Source: Dicyema japonicum (taxonomy: Eukaryota; Animalia; Dicyemida). From it: 64,000 nucleotides of DNA. A program made the translations under genes and the position numbers. The stretch lies in assembly GCA_011109175.1 (NCBI GenBank), contig RDEW01000018.1:184838-248837 (forward strand). Reading direction: 5' to 3'. Shown here one piece after another: positions 61,500 to 64,000 of the stretch (positions are counted from its first letter, which is position 1; every line of letters begins with the position of its first letter). Under the pieces are notes generated by a model. That model had not been told where the DNA came from and did no database searches. It saw nothing but the letters and a program-made list of their open reading frames with translations.

Positions 61500-62900
61500 T
61501 TTTTGTCCGTTATTGTTGTATTTTCTCGAATCTACAAACTAATTGCACAGTAGACTGCACGGAGTGTGTTTAGAGTCTCAGTCTTCTTAATTTCATATTG
61601 ACGACACAGGTGAAAATGTATGCATTTAACCACCTCATTGTGTCTTCGCAGGTAATCGCTGTTCATATGACTACACCTTGTTACCACGTGGTCTACACTT
61701 TTCCTGGCAGTTACAATGGTTGCACTTTTCTCCCACATTGTTGAAGAACANAAATCCTAGATATTTCAAAAAAATTTCTCCGAAAATTTATGGAATTTTA
61801 GACTTTATGTTGGATGGAAAACCAGAGGCAACCATTTTTAATTTGATTCCAGACTATCTTCATGATTTTTAAGAATTCAGAAAGAAACTGACGGTAGGAA
61901 TAAAAAATAAATATAAGCATGACGAGAAAACGACTGATTATTATATTTTTTATTAAAGACAATTATTTGCTGATTATTTAAAAAAATAATGTTATTTTGC
62001 TTATTGCTTTAAGTTAAATAAATAAACTGAGCAATGTGGAAAACCTCTGTTTCAGGGAACACGTAGAGGTCGGACTGTATTGTAATCTTCATCTTGTTGA
62101 ACGCAAATATGTCCGGTTTGTTATTTTGTACCTTTTTGTCGGTTGTTGTTATATCCTCTCGAATCTACAAACTAATTGCACAATAGACTGCACGGAGTGT
62201 GTCTAGATTCTCAGTCTTTTAAATTCCATATTGACGACACAGGTGAAAATGTATGCATTTAACCACCTCATTATGTCTTCGCAGGTAATCGCTGTTCGTA
62301 CGACTACACCTTGTTACCACGTGGTCTACACTTTTCCTGGCAGTTACAATGGTTGCACTTTTCTCCCACATTGTTGAAGAACACGGACTCGTATAAGACA
62401 CGACAATGGATTTTGGATAATTGTTCCCATAACCACTGAGGTGATTCCCTGACGTTGATATCCAAACATTCGAAAAAAGGTTCCATGCAGTAGCTTCCTC
62501 CGTATTTTTTTCGATTAAAGATTTCCCAAGGAGCTATTTTAGTAAGTTGAGATGCATAAAAACGGGTTCTTTATACCTTCGATTGAGGAATTCTACGATT
62601 GTGGCCAAATGTGTTTTCTTTGATTTTATAACCCGTAAAATCCCTGCTTTCCTCAAAAAATAATTCAACTATTCTCTAGGTCTCTGAAGAATTGTAAAAG
62701 TTTCCGTTCACTTTATGGATAATGGATACCAATTCTCTTCCAAGCTTATCTCTTGATAGATAGAGTCTCTCCTTGTTTTCAGGTGTCACATGAATCCGAT
62801 TCTGTACAAGAATTTTCCTTATGTTGTGGTCGATTAGCTCAAATTCGGAAGACTCTACATTAATGAGCCCAATTGAGTAATTATACATGATAACACGTGT
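61500..62900 (-). mobile_element. R4/Dong-like RLE retrotransposon fragment (partly duplicated across an N gap)
   Basis: SVDHVVTRC....DYLRRHNEVVKCIHFHLC (CCHC knuckle); ID..IRKIL....H.....ERLYLSR..LGR.L (RT thumb). Confidence 0.8.
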
Positions 62901-63489
62901 TCATTCGTGGCTTTGAACATGTTGCCAGATTCTCGATCCTCTTCAAGACGTTCCTTTTTCTATCCTCTAACACACCAGGGTATCTATATCATCTATTCCG
63001 TCGAGCAAGTTATCTCAGATCCCAGGGTGAGCACACTAGTAACAGATTTTTCGACATTTTTAAAGTCCAGAGGCTTCAAAGAAAAAATTAATCTCCTTGG
63101 AACCAGGGAGGAACACCGAGCAAGAATGAGATGGCTAGTCGAGGCGGCCGGAATCACCTGACGGCTATGTAATTATTTAATTTGTCGGTGATTTTTGGTT
63201 TTAATGAATAATTCATTGAACCATGCATCTCTTATGCATGTGGTATATGGGGCCCATTCATATCTTGAACGAATGTCTTGAAGATCGAGCCTCCAAAATC
63301 ACGGAACGCTGGATTTCTGGAGAGTTCCAGCCACCAATGAATGAACCATGGAACGCGCCGTCGTGACTGCAAAGGTCCAGTCACTCGACCGATACGTGCT
63401 TGTGTGGGGTCGAGGGAGGAGCATCGGGCCAAGATGAGGTCCCTGCTAGAGCGTGCTGGGATCACGTGATTAGTTAGTTTCTGTAACCG

Positions 63490-63960
63490 TGGTCTCTGGT
63501 GTTATTATTATTATATGACACCATTATCAAACCAATTCTCCTATACAAATATGGGACCTGGGCCACCTCAAAAGAGGAATCGGAGAGGCTAGACTCGTTT
63601 TACAGGAATCATCTAAAAAACATAACTGGAATGTCCTGGCCATCCTCGCGGAATAGACTGTACAATAAGTGTGACTGTACACCAATAAGTCTATAGATCA
63701 TAAGCTCTCGTTGAAGACTCTTTGGACACGTCCTGAGGTTGGACCCGACATCCCCCTCCCCATTGGACTCGACTCGTGTGTCTTAGGTCTCTTGAGTCCA
63801 TTAAGAAGGGAGACGAGAAGTTTGTCAACCTTGAGGAAATGAGGACATCAAGTGTACTGATATATTTTTTTAAATTTAGGACCTCAAGTCGAACCGATAC
63901 TCTTGGAAATTGATGACTTCTATTGAAAACAAAGATATACATTGGGAGCTGTGACACAAA
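63490..63960. mobile_element. RTE LINE fragments
   Basis: LYDTIIKPILLY..GTWATSKEESERLDSFYR.HLK.I.G..WP; fghVLRLD-type segment follows. Confidence 0.65.
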
Positions 63961-64000
63961 ACATAGGCCTTATGATAAGGTTTGACACAAAACATGGAAA

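Noticed and set aside
61125-62380. About 625-bp tandem duplication
   Set aside because: The copies meet at an N (61751) and differ by scattered SNPs; most likely overlapping contig ends or alternative haplotypes.

Overview
AT-rich eukaryotic (animal) genomic window; no prokaryotic features, CRISPR arrays or rRNA were found. Small, compact host genes sit between AT-rich tracts in a dense matrix of decayed transposable elements. The host genes are cut by very short GT-AG introns, mostly 21-27 nt, so the six-frame ORF track misses or fragments them. Manual splicing recovers an SRSF3/7-like SR protein head-to-head with LRRC23, a 7-repeat protocadherin, SMARCD/BAF60, MED18, an SLC46-family transporter, FAM50/XAP5 and a 227-aa orphan gene. 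Micro-introns together with a ciliary gene and a protocadherin best fit a dicyemid mesozoan or a similarly genome-reduced invertebrate; this is an inference, not a database result. Mobile DNA includes APE-type LINEs (RTE and I/Jockey-like), RLE-type retrotransposons (CRE-like and R4/Dong-like), a MULE with long compound TIRs, a Tc1/IS630-type element nested in a hAT element nested in a LINE, pogo and hAT remnants, and a tRNA-derived SINE-like family whose core shows a covarying three-helix RNA junction. Several conserved genes carry single-base deletions in short runs, and three N gaps are flanked by duplicated sequence, so assembly errors are likely. All protein identifications are by recognising motifs from memory, not by running searches.
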